In this document: piece after piece, positions 45,192 through 54,899 of the stretch
How the letters are laid out: every line of letters starts with the position of its first letter
How positions within the stretch are numbered: the first letter of the stretch is position 1
Source of the DNA: an uncultured Candidatus Saccharibacteria bacterium
Lineage (GTDB): Bacteria > Patescibacteriota > Minisyncoccia > 2-02-FULL-40-12
DNA: 64,000 nucleotides
Direction of reading: 5' to 3'
Assembly (NCBI GenBank): GCA_964368135.1
Contig: CAYIZI010000002.1
Location: 16,241 to 80,240, forward strand
Notes under the pieces: generated by a model
Databases searched by the model: none
What the model was told of the DNA's origin: nothing
The model's input: only the letters and a program-made list of their open reading frames with translations
Program-made: the position numbers and the translations under genes

Positions 45192-46088
45192 TTAACCGAA
45201 AATCTTTTTAAATTTTGATGAAATTTTTTGCCCCAGCAGTTTAAATAATCTGCTAAAACTTATATCTGACTGATAATGCCAGCCTGAAAACCATTCAGGC
45301 AACCCTTCTTCTTTTGCTTTATGAGTTGTATTAACGGCCAGAACCGCTTTGAATAATGCGTTATTGTGGCTGGCTGAGAAAGCCGATATATCCTTAGGTA
45401 AACAGTGCCCTCTAAATGATCTGCCATACCGGAGATAATTCCTGTTCTCAAACAGAAAATTTAAAATGTTATCGGGATTGACGCTGCTTTGTTGAACGGC
45501 ATTGCCAAACTCATTCACAAAAGCAATCCTGGTCGCATTCCATATATTTGACAGATATTTTATATAGGAAGCCTCTTCCGGTGTCCCTTCAAAAACTTTA
45601 TTGGCTTGGCCCTGCCATTTTTTCAGAAAACTCGGCTTCAATATGTTATTCCGCGCACCAATTGCAAGATAATATGGGTGGAAACATTCTTCCACGCCAT
45701 GTTTCTCATGTAAAAATTCCGGAACATAAAAATCAAAGTCAAGTTTTTGTAAATGCTTGGGTAAAACTGTGGAGCGTAAAATTATTCTGCCCTTAGCGCT
45801 TTTAACCGAGCCAAGAGCTTCTTTAATTAAAGAAATATCCTGATTACCTTTTTCATCAACCCGATCACCAACACAGACAAGATACCAAGTATTTTCACTA
45901 TCCTGCTCTAAAGCATTATTTAACGGCCTAATCTTTTCATAAGCCTTTTCGTAATTTGGATATCTCTTTTCTGGATTCACTATATCATAGTAAAAAACCG
46001 GATGACCCATCATCGTTAAAGCCAAAGCATTGGCCTGCCCGACCCAGCCATAACCAATAACCACAATTTTTTCTTTTGAGCCGGTCAT
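45192..46088 (-). CDS. UDP-glucose/GDP-mannose dehydrogenase family protein lacking the C-terminal domain
   Basis: GYGWVG, RSTVLP, PEFL, KYLSN..RIAFVNE and GHCLPKD; only 298 aa. Confidence 0.8.
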   Translation of the reverse strand: MTGSKEKIVVIGYGWVGQANALALTMMGHPVFYYDIVNPEKRYPNYEKAYEKIRPLNNALEQDSENTWYLVCVGDRVDEKGNQDISLIKEALGSVKSAKGRIILRSTVLPKHLQKLDFDFYVPEFLHEKHGVEECFHPYYLAIGARNNILKPSFLKKWQGQANKVFEGTPEEASYIKYLSNIWNATRIAFVNEFGNAVQQSSVNPDNILNFLFENRNYLRYGRSFRGHCLPKDISAFSASHNNALFKAVLAVNTTHKAKEEGLPEWFSGWHYQSDISFSRLFKLLGQKISSKFKKIFG

Positions 46089-47779
46089 ATTAATTTGTTT
46101 CTCTCTAAATAATTAATGGTTTTTTTAACGCATTGATTAACATTTTCCTTATGAGTATCCAACCTTATTTGAGGACTTAACGGCCGCTCATAAGGGTCGG
46201 AAATCCCGGTAAAATGCTGGATTAATCCTTGGCGGGCTTTCTGATAAAGGCCTTTAGTATCTCGTTTCTCACAAATCTCAAGCGGACAATCACAGAAAAC
46301 CTCTATAAAATTCTTGGCTTCTTTTTTTGCCATTTCTCTGTGTTTTAGATAAGGAGAAATAAAAGAAGCGACAACGCCGATTGAATTTTTACTCAATAAA
46401 CCCGCCAAGTATCCGGCCCGTCTGATATTTTCATCTCTGTCCTCTTTTGAAAAGCCCAAGTCTTTCCCTAAGTACTGCCGGAAAATATCTCCGTCTAACC
46501 GTTCTGCTTTAATGCCGCGTCTTTGCAAGATCTCGTAAACTTTATTGGAAATCGTGGTTTTGCCAGCCTGGGAAAGCCCAGTAAACCAGAGAACAAAACC
46601 TGATTTAGAGTTTGAATTATCTTTATATATCCCGTCAACCAAGGCATTATTACTCATTGAAAGAAAATTGTAAATTTCAGGATAAATAAACCATTCTGGC
46701 GGCTCCTGCTTTTCTTTCAAATAATTTCTGAACATTGTCCCGCTGAAAGAAGTTTTCTGGGCTTTGGGATATGAATTTGTAAAACCGTGTTGAGTAAATT
46801 GAGGATAATAAACCACTTCTGGAAATTTCAGAATTTCTATACCGATTTCATCTTTTTTAAAATTACTGAATATTTCTTGGGCGGCAAAAGGCGGATAATA
46901 GCTGCCCACCCCGGCATGATCGCGGCCAACAATAAAATGGGTTGCCCCGTAGTTTTTCCTAACTAAGGCGTGCAAAGCCGCTTCTCTTGGCCCGGCGTAT
47001 TTCATTTTCAAAGGTAAAATGCCCAAAAATACCTTATTTGAGGGAAAATATTTATCGATTAATATCTGATAGGAGGCCAGGATATACTCGTCTTTGAAAT
47101 CGCCTACTTTCTTCTCGCCCATAACCGGCTGAATAAAAAGACCGTCGGTTAATTTAAGGGCTTCTTTTTGAACAAACTCATGACCGCGATGAGGAACGTT
47201 GCGAGTCTGAAATCCGGCCACTGTTTTCCAACCTCTTTTTTGAAATATCTTTCTTGTCTCGCTTGGAAAAAAATTATATTCCGGAAAAAGAGTTTTTGAA
47301 TTATCCAACAACAAAACCTCACCGCCGATTAAATATTTTTTCATTTTGTAGACATAAGCCACGCCCGGATGCTCTTTGTCTAATGTCTGAAAAACATTTT
47401 GGTTAAATTCTTCTTTGCTGAAAGGATAAATTTCAATATCCTTAAGAACGGCAATTAGTTTTTTATCAGAATCAATTAGTAAAACCAGTTTTTCTTTTCT
47501 TAATCTTTTTGAATCTTCTTCTGAAATATCCAAAACAATTGGAATCGGCCAAACCACTCCATTAATTAGTCTCATCTTTAAAAGAACACTCTTAAAATCT
47601 TTTTCTCTTAAAAATCCAATAAGCGGCGAATAAACGCCGTTGGCTATATTTTTTACTTCCTGAATCTGGTCTTTAGTTAAATTAAGAGATTTTAACTTTT
47701 TGGCTTTAGATAAAAATTCTTCTTTTTTTAAAGAAGATAAAACTTTATTTATCAATTTCCCGCCGTGCGGTTGAATCAT
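46085..47779 (-). CDS. sat: Bifunctional sulfate adenylyltransferase / APS kinase (Sat-CysC, PAPS synthase)
   Basis: FQTRNVPHRGH, YAGPREA and VGRDHAG; C-terminal WFTGLSQAGKTT, LDGD and FTGISDPYE. Confidence 0.95.
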   Translation of the reverse strand: MIQPHGGKLINKVLSSLKKEEFLSKAKKLKSLNLTKDQIQEVKNIANGVYSPLIGFLREKDFKSVLLKMRLINGVVWPIPIVLDISEEDSKRLRKEKLVLLIDSDKKLIAVLKDIEIYPFSKEEFNQNVFQTLDKEHPGVAYVYKMKKYLIGGEVLLLDNSKTLFPEYNFFPSETRKIFQKRGWKTVAGFQTRNVPHRGHEFVQKEALKLTDGLFIQPVMGEKKVGDFKDEYILASYQILIDKYFPSNKVFLGILPLKMKYAGPREAALHALVRKNYGATHFIVGRDHAGVGSYYPPFAAQEIFSNFKKDEIGIEILKFPEVVYYPQFTQHGFTNSYPKAQKTSFSGTMFRNYLKEKQEPPEWFIYPEIYNFLSMSNNALVDGIYKDNSNSKSGFVLWFTGLSQAGKTTISNKVYEILQRRGIKAERLDGDIFRQYLGKDLGFSKEDRDENIRRAGYLAGLLSKNSIGVVASFISPYLKHREMAKKEAKNFIEVFCDCPLEICEKRDTKGLYQKARQGLIQHFTGISDPYERPLSPQIRLDTHKENVNQCVKKTINYLERNKLI

Positions 47780-49449
47780 AGTTTATAAACAATAAAACCG
47801 CTTTGTTCAAAAATCTTGTCAAAATTCTGCTTATCTAAATGCCAACCCTGGTCTTTATTAGTATCCCAAATAATATAATCAACCCGGTATTTTTTCAATC
47901 TTTTTCCAAAATTATCTTTTCGGATCTCTTGAGCCACGGCGATGACTTTATTTATTTCTTCTTCCGGCAGCCGAGTCTCGTCTTTTAATTTAAGACCTAA
48001 CAATCTCCGCCATTTGTTGGCCTGGACCGCGTCGCCATATTTATCCGCATATCGAACTCCCCAAATCGCCCTCTCGTTTTCAAATACAAAGTCTCGATCA
48101 AGCTCTTCAAAAAAATTATTTAAAATAAAGCGCTCCTGGATTTCAGTATCAGACATTATAAACAAATTAGCATTACGGGAATAATAAACATTATTGGCCG
48201 TATATACCGGAAGAAAACTTGAAATTTCTTCATTGGCGTAAACAACCGAATCAAAAGTAGTATTTTCATTAAACCAATCAAAAACCGTTTTATATTTCTG
48301 GCTATAAATAGCTTGGTCTGAAATCCTTAAAGTTTTATTTACATAATCATTGACTCCCTGGAAAACAAAAAAGCCAATAATCAATAAAAATACTCCTCGC
48401 CAAATATTGTTCAAATGAAATTTACTTGTCGAAGCAAAAAGATAGTAAAGAGTAAAAACCATAAAAAATATTGCCAACATTCGGTAGTGGCCGAATTCGA
48501 ACTTTTGGCCGGTAATAATATTCTGGTTGGTAACTATTAAAATGGAAACAATACCAGCAATAAAAAATAAAATCTCTTTGTTTATTCTGATGGTTTTCAA
48601 CCGATGCAAAACTCCTATCAAAAGCAAAACTATCAATGATAGAGCAACTGTTTTGATTTCAGACGGCGAACGAGAAAAAACCAATTGAAGACGGGTTAAG
48701 GTCTCTTGATACTCTGGGAGTTCGGCTGCTAAAAAAGTAAAGTAAAAATAAACAGAACCAATAATTAGACCGCCGATTAAAATTTTCAAAAATTGCTTTG
48801 ATAGTAATCTATCTCTGAAAAAAGAGATAAAAACTAAAATGACTAAAAATACTAGGTAAAAAGTCCAATAAAAGGGATAGATATAAAATAAGAGTCCAAA
48901 ATTTATAATATTTAATGGTAAAATCCATTTTTTAGGACGATCCTTAATAAGGAGCCAAAGCAAAGTAAATTGGGTTAGCCAAAATAAAAATACGAACTGA
49001 GGAATAATCGGCCGGGTAAATTTAAAAATAAAAATTCCGAAAAACAAAAAAACGGCAAAAATATTAGCCCAAAATTTTGAAGGACGTATTAAATAAAAAG
49101 CTATGTAAGTTAGAATAAAAACAGTAGCCGGAAGAATAAAACTGTAAAGTATCCTTCCTTGAACAACCGAAAGATTTAAAAATTTCAACGGCTGGGCTAA
49201 AAGAAATTCGGGCAAAAATAATTGTTGGGGCAGTTGATTTTTATGTTCGGATAAATAGGCATTGCCTAAAGTTGGATGGCCATCTATGACGTCTTTAATT
49301 CTAGCCAGATAAAAGAGCTCATCATCTATGATTTGAGGCAAAATTCCTTTATACTCACCACCCAGTGAAATCTGAAAATAAAAAAACGGCAGAATCATTA
49401 AAAAACCTAAAACTAAAGCTATAATTAAAATTGGCCAATGATTTTTCAC
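47776..49449 (-). CDS. Multi-pass membrane protein, possible GT-C glycosyltransferase
   Basis: DDELFY acidic motif after TM1, many TMs, C-terminal YRVDYIIWD; directly follows a DPM1-like gene. Confidence 0.55.
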   Translation of the reverse strand: MKNHWPILIIALVLGFLMILPFFYFQISLGGEYKGILPQIIDDELFYLARIKDVIDGHPTLGNAYLSEHKNQLPQQLFLPEFLLAQPLKFLNLSVVQGRILYSFILPATVFILTYIAFYLIRPSKFWANIFAVFLFFGIFIFKFTRPIIPQFVFLFWLTQFTLLWLLIKDRPKKWILPLNIINFGLLFYIYPFYWTFYLVFLVILVFISFFRDRLLSKQFLKILIGGLIIGSVYFYFTFLAAELPEYQETLTRLQLVFSRSPSEIKTVALSLIVLLLIGVLHRLKTIRINKEILFFIAGIVSILIVTNQNIITGQKFEFGHYRMLAIFFMVFTLYYLFASTSKFHLNNIWRGVFLLIIGFFVFQGVNDYVNKTLRISDQAIYSQKYKTVFDWFNENTTFDSVVYANEEISSFLPVYTANNVYYSRNANLFIMSDTEIQERFILNNFFEELDRDFVFENERAIWGVRYADKYGDAVQANKWRRLLGLKLKDETRLPEEEINKVIAVAQEIRKDNFGKRLKKYRVDYIIWDTNKDQGWHLDKQNFDKIFEQSGFIVYKL

Positions 49450-50147
49450 TTTTTAAACTTTAATTTAAATGGCAGCCAAATTGCCTCCCAAATGTTTTTG
49501 AAAGACATCTTTGACTGGCCCTCTCTTCTTTCGTTAAAAATAATCGGATGTTCGGAAATTTCGTAGCCGGCTTTAAAGATTTTGTATTTAAATTCAACCA
49601 AAAAAGCATAGCCCTCTGATTTTATTGAATCTAAATCAACATTTTTTAATATATCTTTGCGAAAACACATAAAGCCGGTGGTCAAATCATGAATTGGCAC
49701 GCCAAGGATTGTTCTGGCATAAAAGTTGGCGAAGCGGCTTAAAAGTTTCCGTCGCAAATCCCAGTTCTCAATCTTACCATCTTGAACATAGCGAGAACCA
49801 ATAACTATGTTATGCCCTGATAACTTTTTCACCATTTCCGGCACTTCTTTATGGTCATGAGAAAAATCGGCATCCATCATTACCACCGTTTCAAAGTTTT
49901 CTTCGTTTATTATTTTTTTGAAGCCATCGAGGTAGGACTTGCCAAAACCCTTATTGTTAAATCTCTGGTGAAGGGCCAGTCGCGGAAATTTATCCTGCAA
50001 CCCTCTTACGACCTCGGCCGTGCCGTCAGGCGAATTATCATCTATTACCAAAATCGAAACTTCGGGATGATGTTCAAAAATACTCTGCGTCAAAGAAGAG
50101 ATATTCTCTTTTTCATTGTAAGTCGGAATAATAATTAAGATTTTCAT
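49446..50147 (-). CDS. Polyprenol-monophospho-sugar synthase (DPM1-like GT2)
   Basis: Motifs IPTYNEKEN, DDNSPDGT, MDADFSH, GSRY and ERREGQSKM. Confidence 0.92.
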   Translation of the reverse strand: MKILIIIPTYNEKENISSLTQSIFEHHPEVSILVIDDNSPDGTAEVVRGLQDKFPRLALHQRFNNKGFGKSYLDGFKKIINEENFETVVMMDADFSHDHKEVPEMVKKLSGHNIVIGSRYVQDGKIENWDLRRKLLSRFANFYARTILGVPIHDLTTGFMCFRKDILKNVDLDSIKSEGYAFLVEFKYKIFKAGYEISEHPIIFNERREGQSKMSFKNIWEAIWLPFKLKFKK

Positions 50148-50153
50148 CCCTAT

Positions 50154-50189
50154 TCTTGAATTACATTACATATGTAATATAATTCAAGA
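50154..50189. promoter_or_regulatory. 36-bp near-perfect AT-rich palindrome
   Basis: tcttgaatta-c-attacat|atgtaat-a-taattcaaga fills the intergenic gap upstream of the GT2. Confidence 0.6.
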
Positions 50190-50190
50190 G

Positions 50191-51375
50191 TCAAATTTTA
50201 TTGATTATAAACTCTAAAATTTTTTCTGCTCTTTTCTGCCAGGTATAATTTTGTACGTCCTTAAAAGCATTTCTGCTTATTTTTTCGGCCAAATCTGAAT
50301 TCTCTAAAATCTTTTTTATGCCGGCAACAAAACCACTTAGATTTTCTGATTTTACCAAAACGGAATTCTCTTCATTAAGTACTTCTCTGACGGTTGGCAA
50401 ATCAGTGGCCACAATCGGTCTTTTTGAGGCCATATACTCAAAAAGCTTTAAAGGCGACATATAAAATGCATAGTGCTGTATATTCGGAAAGGGCATTATT
50501 AAAATATCAAAAGCTTTTAAATAAACCGGAATTAAATTATGCTTAATCCGGCCAACAAATAAAATCCGCTCATTTAAATTCTCTTTTTCACTTAATTTTT
50601 TGTAATAATCTATATCTTTTTTAATTCCGCCGACTAAAACAAGGGTGCAATCTTTTGGTAAAAACTTGATAGATTCAATCGCAAAATCAACCCCCTTTTT
50701 CATGCCCATTGTTCGGAGTTGGCCGACATAGCCAATAAGGATTTTATCCGGCGGCAAATTCAATTTTTTTCTTACCTCTTCTTTGGAAACATCTATGTCA
50801 AATTCTTCTAAATCAACCGCGTCTGGAGCAACTAAAATATTTTCCGGACCGAAACCAAACTTAACAAACTCATTTTTTAAGTTATTAGTAATAACGATAA
50901 TTTTTAGATTAAGTTCCTTAAATCTTCTATAAAAACGAATTACCGCTCTGCTTTTTGAAAAACGATGAGCTTCAAAAAAAATGTTTTTTTTGAAAAAACT
51001 TAAAAAATATAAGGGCAGCTCGTCTCGGGAATAAATAAAATCAGCTCGGTAAAAAATTGCATAAAAGGTAACGAAAACTGCCGAAATAAAGCTTTTTATA
51101 AAAAAGGATAATTTATCTGATTTCCCAGGTAAGTAAAAATCAATGGCTGGAATTTTTTTAATCCTGAAATTCTTCTTAACTCCGTAATAAGAAAAAAGGT
51201 CCTCTTTAACAGGATTAATTCTAAAAGGATATACGAGTTTCACTTCAATGCCTTTTTGGGCAAGAGCTTCGCAGGTTTTTGAGATTTGAAGCCCATATGC
51301 TTTTTCAGTCGGCAGCCTTTGATTAACTAAATAGAAGAGCTGTTTTCCCATTTTTTTAAATTTTTTGCTATCCAA
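50191..51375 (-). CDS. GT4 glycosyltransferase
   Basis: Motifs YVGQL..KKGV and SPLKLFEYMASKRPIVATD; the true start may be MGKQLF. Confidence 0.9.
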   Translation of the reverse strand: MDSKKFKKMGKQLFYLVNQRLPTEKAYGLQISKTCEALAQKGIEVKLVYPFRINPVKEDLFSYYGVKKNFRIKKIPAIDFYLPGKSDKLSFFIKSFISAVFVTFYAIFYRADFIYSRDELPLYFLSFFKKNIFFEAHRFSKSRAVIRFYRRFKELNLKIIVITNNLKNEFVKFGFGPENILVAPDAVDLEEFDIDVSKEEVRKKLNLPPDKILIGYVGQLRTMGMKKGVDFAIESIKFLPKDCTLVLVGGIKKDIDYYKKLSEKENLNERILFVGRIKHNLIPVYLKAFDILIMPFPNIQHYAFYMSPLKLFEYMASKRPIVATDLPTVREVLNEENSVLVKSENLSGFVAGIKKILENSDLAEKISRNAFKDVQNYTWQKRAEKILEFIINKI

Positions 51376-52067
51376 TTGCTTGCCTTTAGCAACGAATCAA
51401 AAGATGAACCAGTATCCACCCATTGGCCATTTATAGTTTCGTAAAAGAGCCGGTTTTCTTTTAGATATAAATTATTCAAATCGGTAATCTCTAGTTCTTG
51501 GCGCTTTGAAGGTTTTAATTTTTTTATTTTCTGAAACACGTCATTGCTGTACAGATAAAAACCAGTAACCGCGTATTTTGATTTTGGCTTTTTCGGCTTT
51601 TCTTCTATCCTGATTATTTTTTCATGACTGTTAAATACCGGAACGCCGAAATTGTGCGGGTCTTTTACTTTTTTCAGAAAAACCATGGCCCCGCCTTTAA
51701 AACTCTTAATCTCTTTTTGAAAGCTTTTTGTATAAAAATTATCGCCTAAGATTACGGCGACATTATCCCCTTCGGCAAAATATTCGGCGTAACTCAAAGC
51801 GTCGGCAATACCGCCGTCATTTTTATCCTGCAAAGCAAAAGATAATTTAACTCCGTACTCTTTTCCGGAACCCAAAAAATTCATAAAGTGCCCGGCATGC
51901 TCTCTTCCGCAGACAACCATTATATCAGTCACGCCGGAGTTTCTAAGGGTCTGTAAGGAATACAAAATCATCGGTTTGTCATAAACCGGCAGTAAATGCT
52001 TATTAGTTATCAGGGTCAGCGGTTGTAACCGGGTGCCTAAGCCGCCGGCCAGAATCACGCCATGCAT
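51327..52067 (-). CDS. rmlA: Glucose-1-phosphate thymidylyltransferase (short, SpsI/RmlA-type)
   Basis: Motifs ILAGGLGTRL, NKHLLPVYDKPMI, LGDN, EEKP and ELEITD; start MHGVILAGG. Confidence 0.9.
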   Translation of the reverse strand: MHGVILAGGLGTRLQPLTLITNKHLLPVYDKPMILYSLQTLRNSGVTDIMVVCGREHAGHFMNFLGSGKEYGVKLSFALQDKNDGGIADALSYAEYFAEGDNVAVILGDNFYTKSFQKEIKSFKGGAMVFLKKVKDPHNFGVPVFNSHEKIIRIEEKPKKPKSKYAVTGFYLYSNDVFQKIKKLKPSKRQELEITDLNNLYLKENRLFYETINGQWVDTGSSFDSLLKASNWIAKNLKKWENSSSI

Positions 52068-52069
52068 AT

Positions 52070-53104
52070 TTATTTCTTGATATGCGGATTTAAGGCCTCT
52101 TTCTTTTTTATGGCCTTCATCCAATCCTGGTTTTTAACATACCAATCAATTGTCTTGTAAAAAGCATCTTTAAATCTGTATTGCGGCCGCCAGCCAAGTT
52201 CTCTTTTAATTTTTGCCCAGTCCAGCGAATAGCGGCGGTCATGCCCGGGCCGGTCAGCGACAAATTCTATCCAGGCTTCATCTTTGCCAAAATAATTTAG
52301 GATCATTTTGGCTATTTCCAGATTACTTCTTTCATTATCGGCTCCGATATTATAAGTTTCTCCCGGTTTCCCTTTGAGCAAACAGGCTTCAATTCCCCGG
52401 CAATTATCTAAAACGTAAATCCAGTCGCGCATATTTTTACCATCTCCATAAAGCGGTAATTTCTTATTTTCCAGCATTCTTAAAATGAAAAAGGGAATCA
52501 ATTTTTCCGGATACTGATAAGGGCCAAAATTATTGGCGCTGTGAGTGACTATTACTGGCACGCCCCAAGTTTTCCAGTAAGAGCGGCACAAAAGATCGCC
52601 TCCGGCTTTGGTGGCGGAATAAGGATTATTTGGAGCAAAAGAAGTAGTTTCTTTAAATTTATTTTTTGACCCTAAATCAATGGCTCCGTAAACCTCATCA
52701 GTAGAAATCTGGACATACTTTTTAACCCAAGGAGAATTTTTAACTGCTTCAAGCAGATTGTGGACGCCGACAATATTGGCCTGAATAAATCCAAGCGAAC
52801 CATTGTGAATGCTTTTATCAACGTGGGTGGCCGCGGCGAAATTTACGATATAATCCGGCTTATGTTTATTGATAACTTCACGAAGATTTTGGAAATCGGA
52901 AATATCTCCTTCAACAAATTTATACTTTTTGTTTTTCTCAATATCCCTTAGATTTAACTTGCTGCCTGAATAATTTAAACTGTCTAAATTTATGATTTTA
53001 ATCCGCGGATATTTAGAGAGAATATAACGGATAAAGTGAGAACCGATGAAACCGGAGCCGCCGCTAACAAGAATAGTTTGATTATTAAAATTTGTATTCT
53101 TCAT
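52070..53104 (-). CDS. rmlB: dTDP-glucose 4,6-dehydratase
   Basis: Motifs GGSGFIG, THVDKSI, ISTDEVYG, PYSATK and DRPGHDRRY. Confidence 0.94.
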   Translation of the reverse strand: MKNTNFNNQTILVSGGSGFIGSHFIRYILSKYPRIKIINLDSLNYSGSKLNLRDIEKNKKYKFVEGDISDFQNLREVINKHKPDYIVNFAAATHVDKSIHNGSLGFIQANIVGVHNLLEAVKNSPWVKKYVQISTDEVYGAIDLGSKNKFKETTSFAPNNPYSATKAGGDLLCRSYWKTWGVPVIVTHSANNFGPYQYPEKLIPFFILRMLENKKLPLYGDGKNMRDWIYVLDNCRGIEACLLKGKPGETYNIGADNERSNLEIAKMILNYFGKDEAWIEFVADRPGHDRRYSLDWAKIKRELGWRPQYRFKDAFYKTIDWYVKNQDWMKAIKKKEALNPHIKK

Positions 53105-53113
53105 ATCTAAAAA

Positions 53114-54283
53114 TCACAAGCTTCTCAAAAATTTTTCCAATTTCCTGGCCACGACCCGATGACTATATTTAACCAGCATATATTCCCGGCCCTCCTCGCC
53201 CATTTTCTTTCTAACTTCTGAATTTGAAGCTAAACGAATCATCGCTTGGGCCAGGGCTTGAGGATTTTTCGGTTCTATTAAAACTCCGGTCTTGCCATCA
53301 AGGACAGCTTCGCTTATCGCTCCGATTTTTGTAGAAATTACCGGCAAACCACTGGCAGATGCTTGAAGAATTGACCAACCATACTGCTCCTCCCAGCCCT
53401 GTCTTGGTTCGGATGGATGAACAAAAATGTCACTGGAAGCCAAAATCGGCGGGAGCTGGTCATTGGGCAGCCATTCAATAAACAAAATTTTATCTCCCAG
53501 AGAAAGCTTTCTTGCCAACTCCCTGGCCTCCTGCCAAAGCGGACCCATTCCTATCATTACCAAGTGAGATGAGGGAACCTGTTTAACTACTTTACTAAAA
53601 GCCTTGATAGTTGTAAATACGCCTTTTCTTTCATCAAACACAGCTCCGAAAAGAAAAACTACTTTATTTTCTAAATTATACTTTTTTCTAAAATCATTGG
53701 GGATATCAGGTTTAAATAAATCTGAGTCAACTCCTGATTGAGGAATAACTTCGGTTCTAATTATTGAATTCAGATAAGGCTTTAAAACATCGTAAGCCTG
53801 TTTTGACCCGCATAAAGCTCCGGCGCTTAAATTAATATTTTGTCTTATCAAGCATTCTTTAATTTTTAATTTTGGCCCGCTGGCTATTTCAGGATAAGGA
53901 AGATTCTGCCAGGTTAAAAAAACATGTTTTAGGCCGAGTTTCTTGCAAAGCCGGCTATATAAATATGTAGTCAGTAAATACGGCTCGGCCGAACTTAAAA
54001 GCACGTCGCCAGGTTTTGAAAGCTTTCTCAAAATTGTGCCTAAATTCGGCATCCAAGCCTTTAACAGGCCTCCGATAATGGGATAGCGTGAGTGATAAAA
54101 AGGCGCCCAGGCAGGAATTATAGAAAAATCAGAACTTTGCGGAGGCTTAACTATTAACTTGCCGCCTTTGGCCTTCCAAATTTTTGGTAAAATAAAAACC
54201 AGATCTTCTTTGTTTGTAAAATAATCAAAAACACGAAGGTGCCGTTCATAAATGTATGTGTATGATGGAATGAATATGGCCAT
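53114..54283 (-). CDS. GT4 glycosyltransferase
   Basis: Motifs ERKGV and WEEQYGWSILQASASG. Confidence 0.88.
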   Translation of the reverse strand: MAIFIPSYTYIYERHLRVFDYFTNKEDLVFILPKIWKAKGGKLIVKPPQSSDFSIIPAWAPFYHSRYPIIGGLLKAWMPNLGTILRKLSKPGDVLLSSAEPYLLTTYLYSRLCKKLGLKHVFLTWQNLPYPEIASGPKLKIKECLIRQNINLSAGALCGSKQAYDVLKPYLNSIIRTEVIPQSGVDSDLFKPDIPNDFRKKYNLENKVVFLFGAVFDERKGVFTTIKAFSKVVKQVPSSHLVMIGMGPLWQEARELARKLSLGDKILFIEWLPNDQLPPILASSDIFVHPSEPRQGWEEQYGWSILQASASGLPVISTKIGAISEAVLDGKTGVLIEPKNPQALAQAMIRLASNSEVRKKMGEEGREYMLVKYSHRVVARKLEKFLRSL

Positions 54284-54284
54284 T

Positions 54285-54899
54285 TTATTTATTTAATCTC
54301 TCCAAAACAAAAAAATGGTGGAAAGGCGATTCAGGATTGATATAATCTTTTAAAATTTTAAAGCCGACTTGCCTGATTTCTTTTTTAACTTTTCTTAAAG
54401 AATAATTATGCTTGCCTATTTCCCAGTAGTGCTCGCCGTCAAACTTATGTTTAACTAACCCAGAAATTTTGAAAAAAATTTTAATCCTCTTTATTAGCGG
54501 TGCCTTAAAAATCGCGTAAAAAGTCCAACCCCAATGAGGCAAAGAAATCACGGCGTATTTTTGGGAAATCCTTTTTATCTCGCTTAAAGCTTTTCTAAAA
54601 TTTTCATAGGGTAAATGTTCAAGAACCTGAAAACAAACTACCAACTCAAAAGAACTGCCTTTAAAAGGAATGTCCAAAACACTGCCGACCACATCGGGTT
54701 TTCTTTCGGGATTAATGTCCAACGAAACAATATCTATACCTGATTTCTTTAAATAGTCATATAAAAACCCATTGCCCTTCCCGATTTCGAGAACGCTTGA
54801 TGGATTTAAATTAAAAACCTCTCTGGCTTGATACCAATAGCTCATCCAGCGATGCTCGTGGTCATAATTTTTGGGATTAAAATGGTCCTTATCGGTCAT
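54285..54899 (-). CDS. Class I SAM-dependent methyltransferase (type 11)
   Basis: Motifs VLEIGKGNG and FELVVCFQVLEHL. Confidence 0.88.
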   Translation of the reverse strand: MTDKDHFNPKNYDHEHRWMSYWYQAREVFNLNPSSVLEIGKGNGFLYDYLKKSGIDIVSLDINPERKPDVVGSVLDIPFKGSSFELVVCFQVLEHLPYENFRKALSEIKRISQKYAVISLPHWGWTFYAIFKAPLIKRIKIFFKISGLVKHKFDGEHYWEIGKHNYSLRKVKKEIRQVGFKILKDYINPESPFHHFFVLERLNK

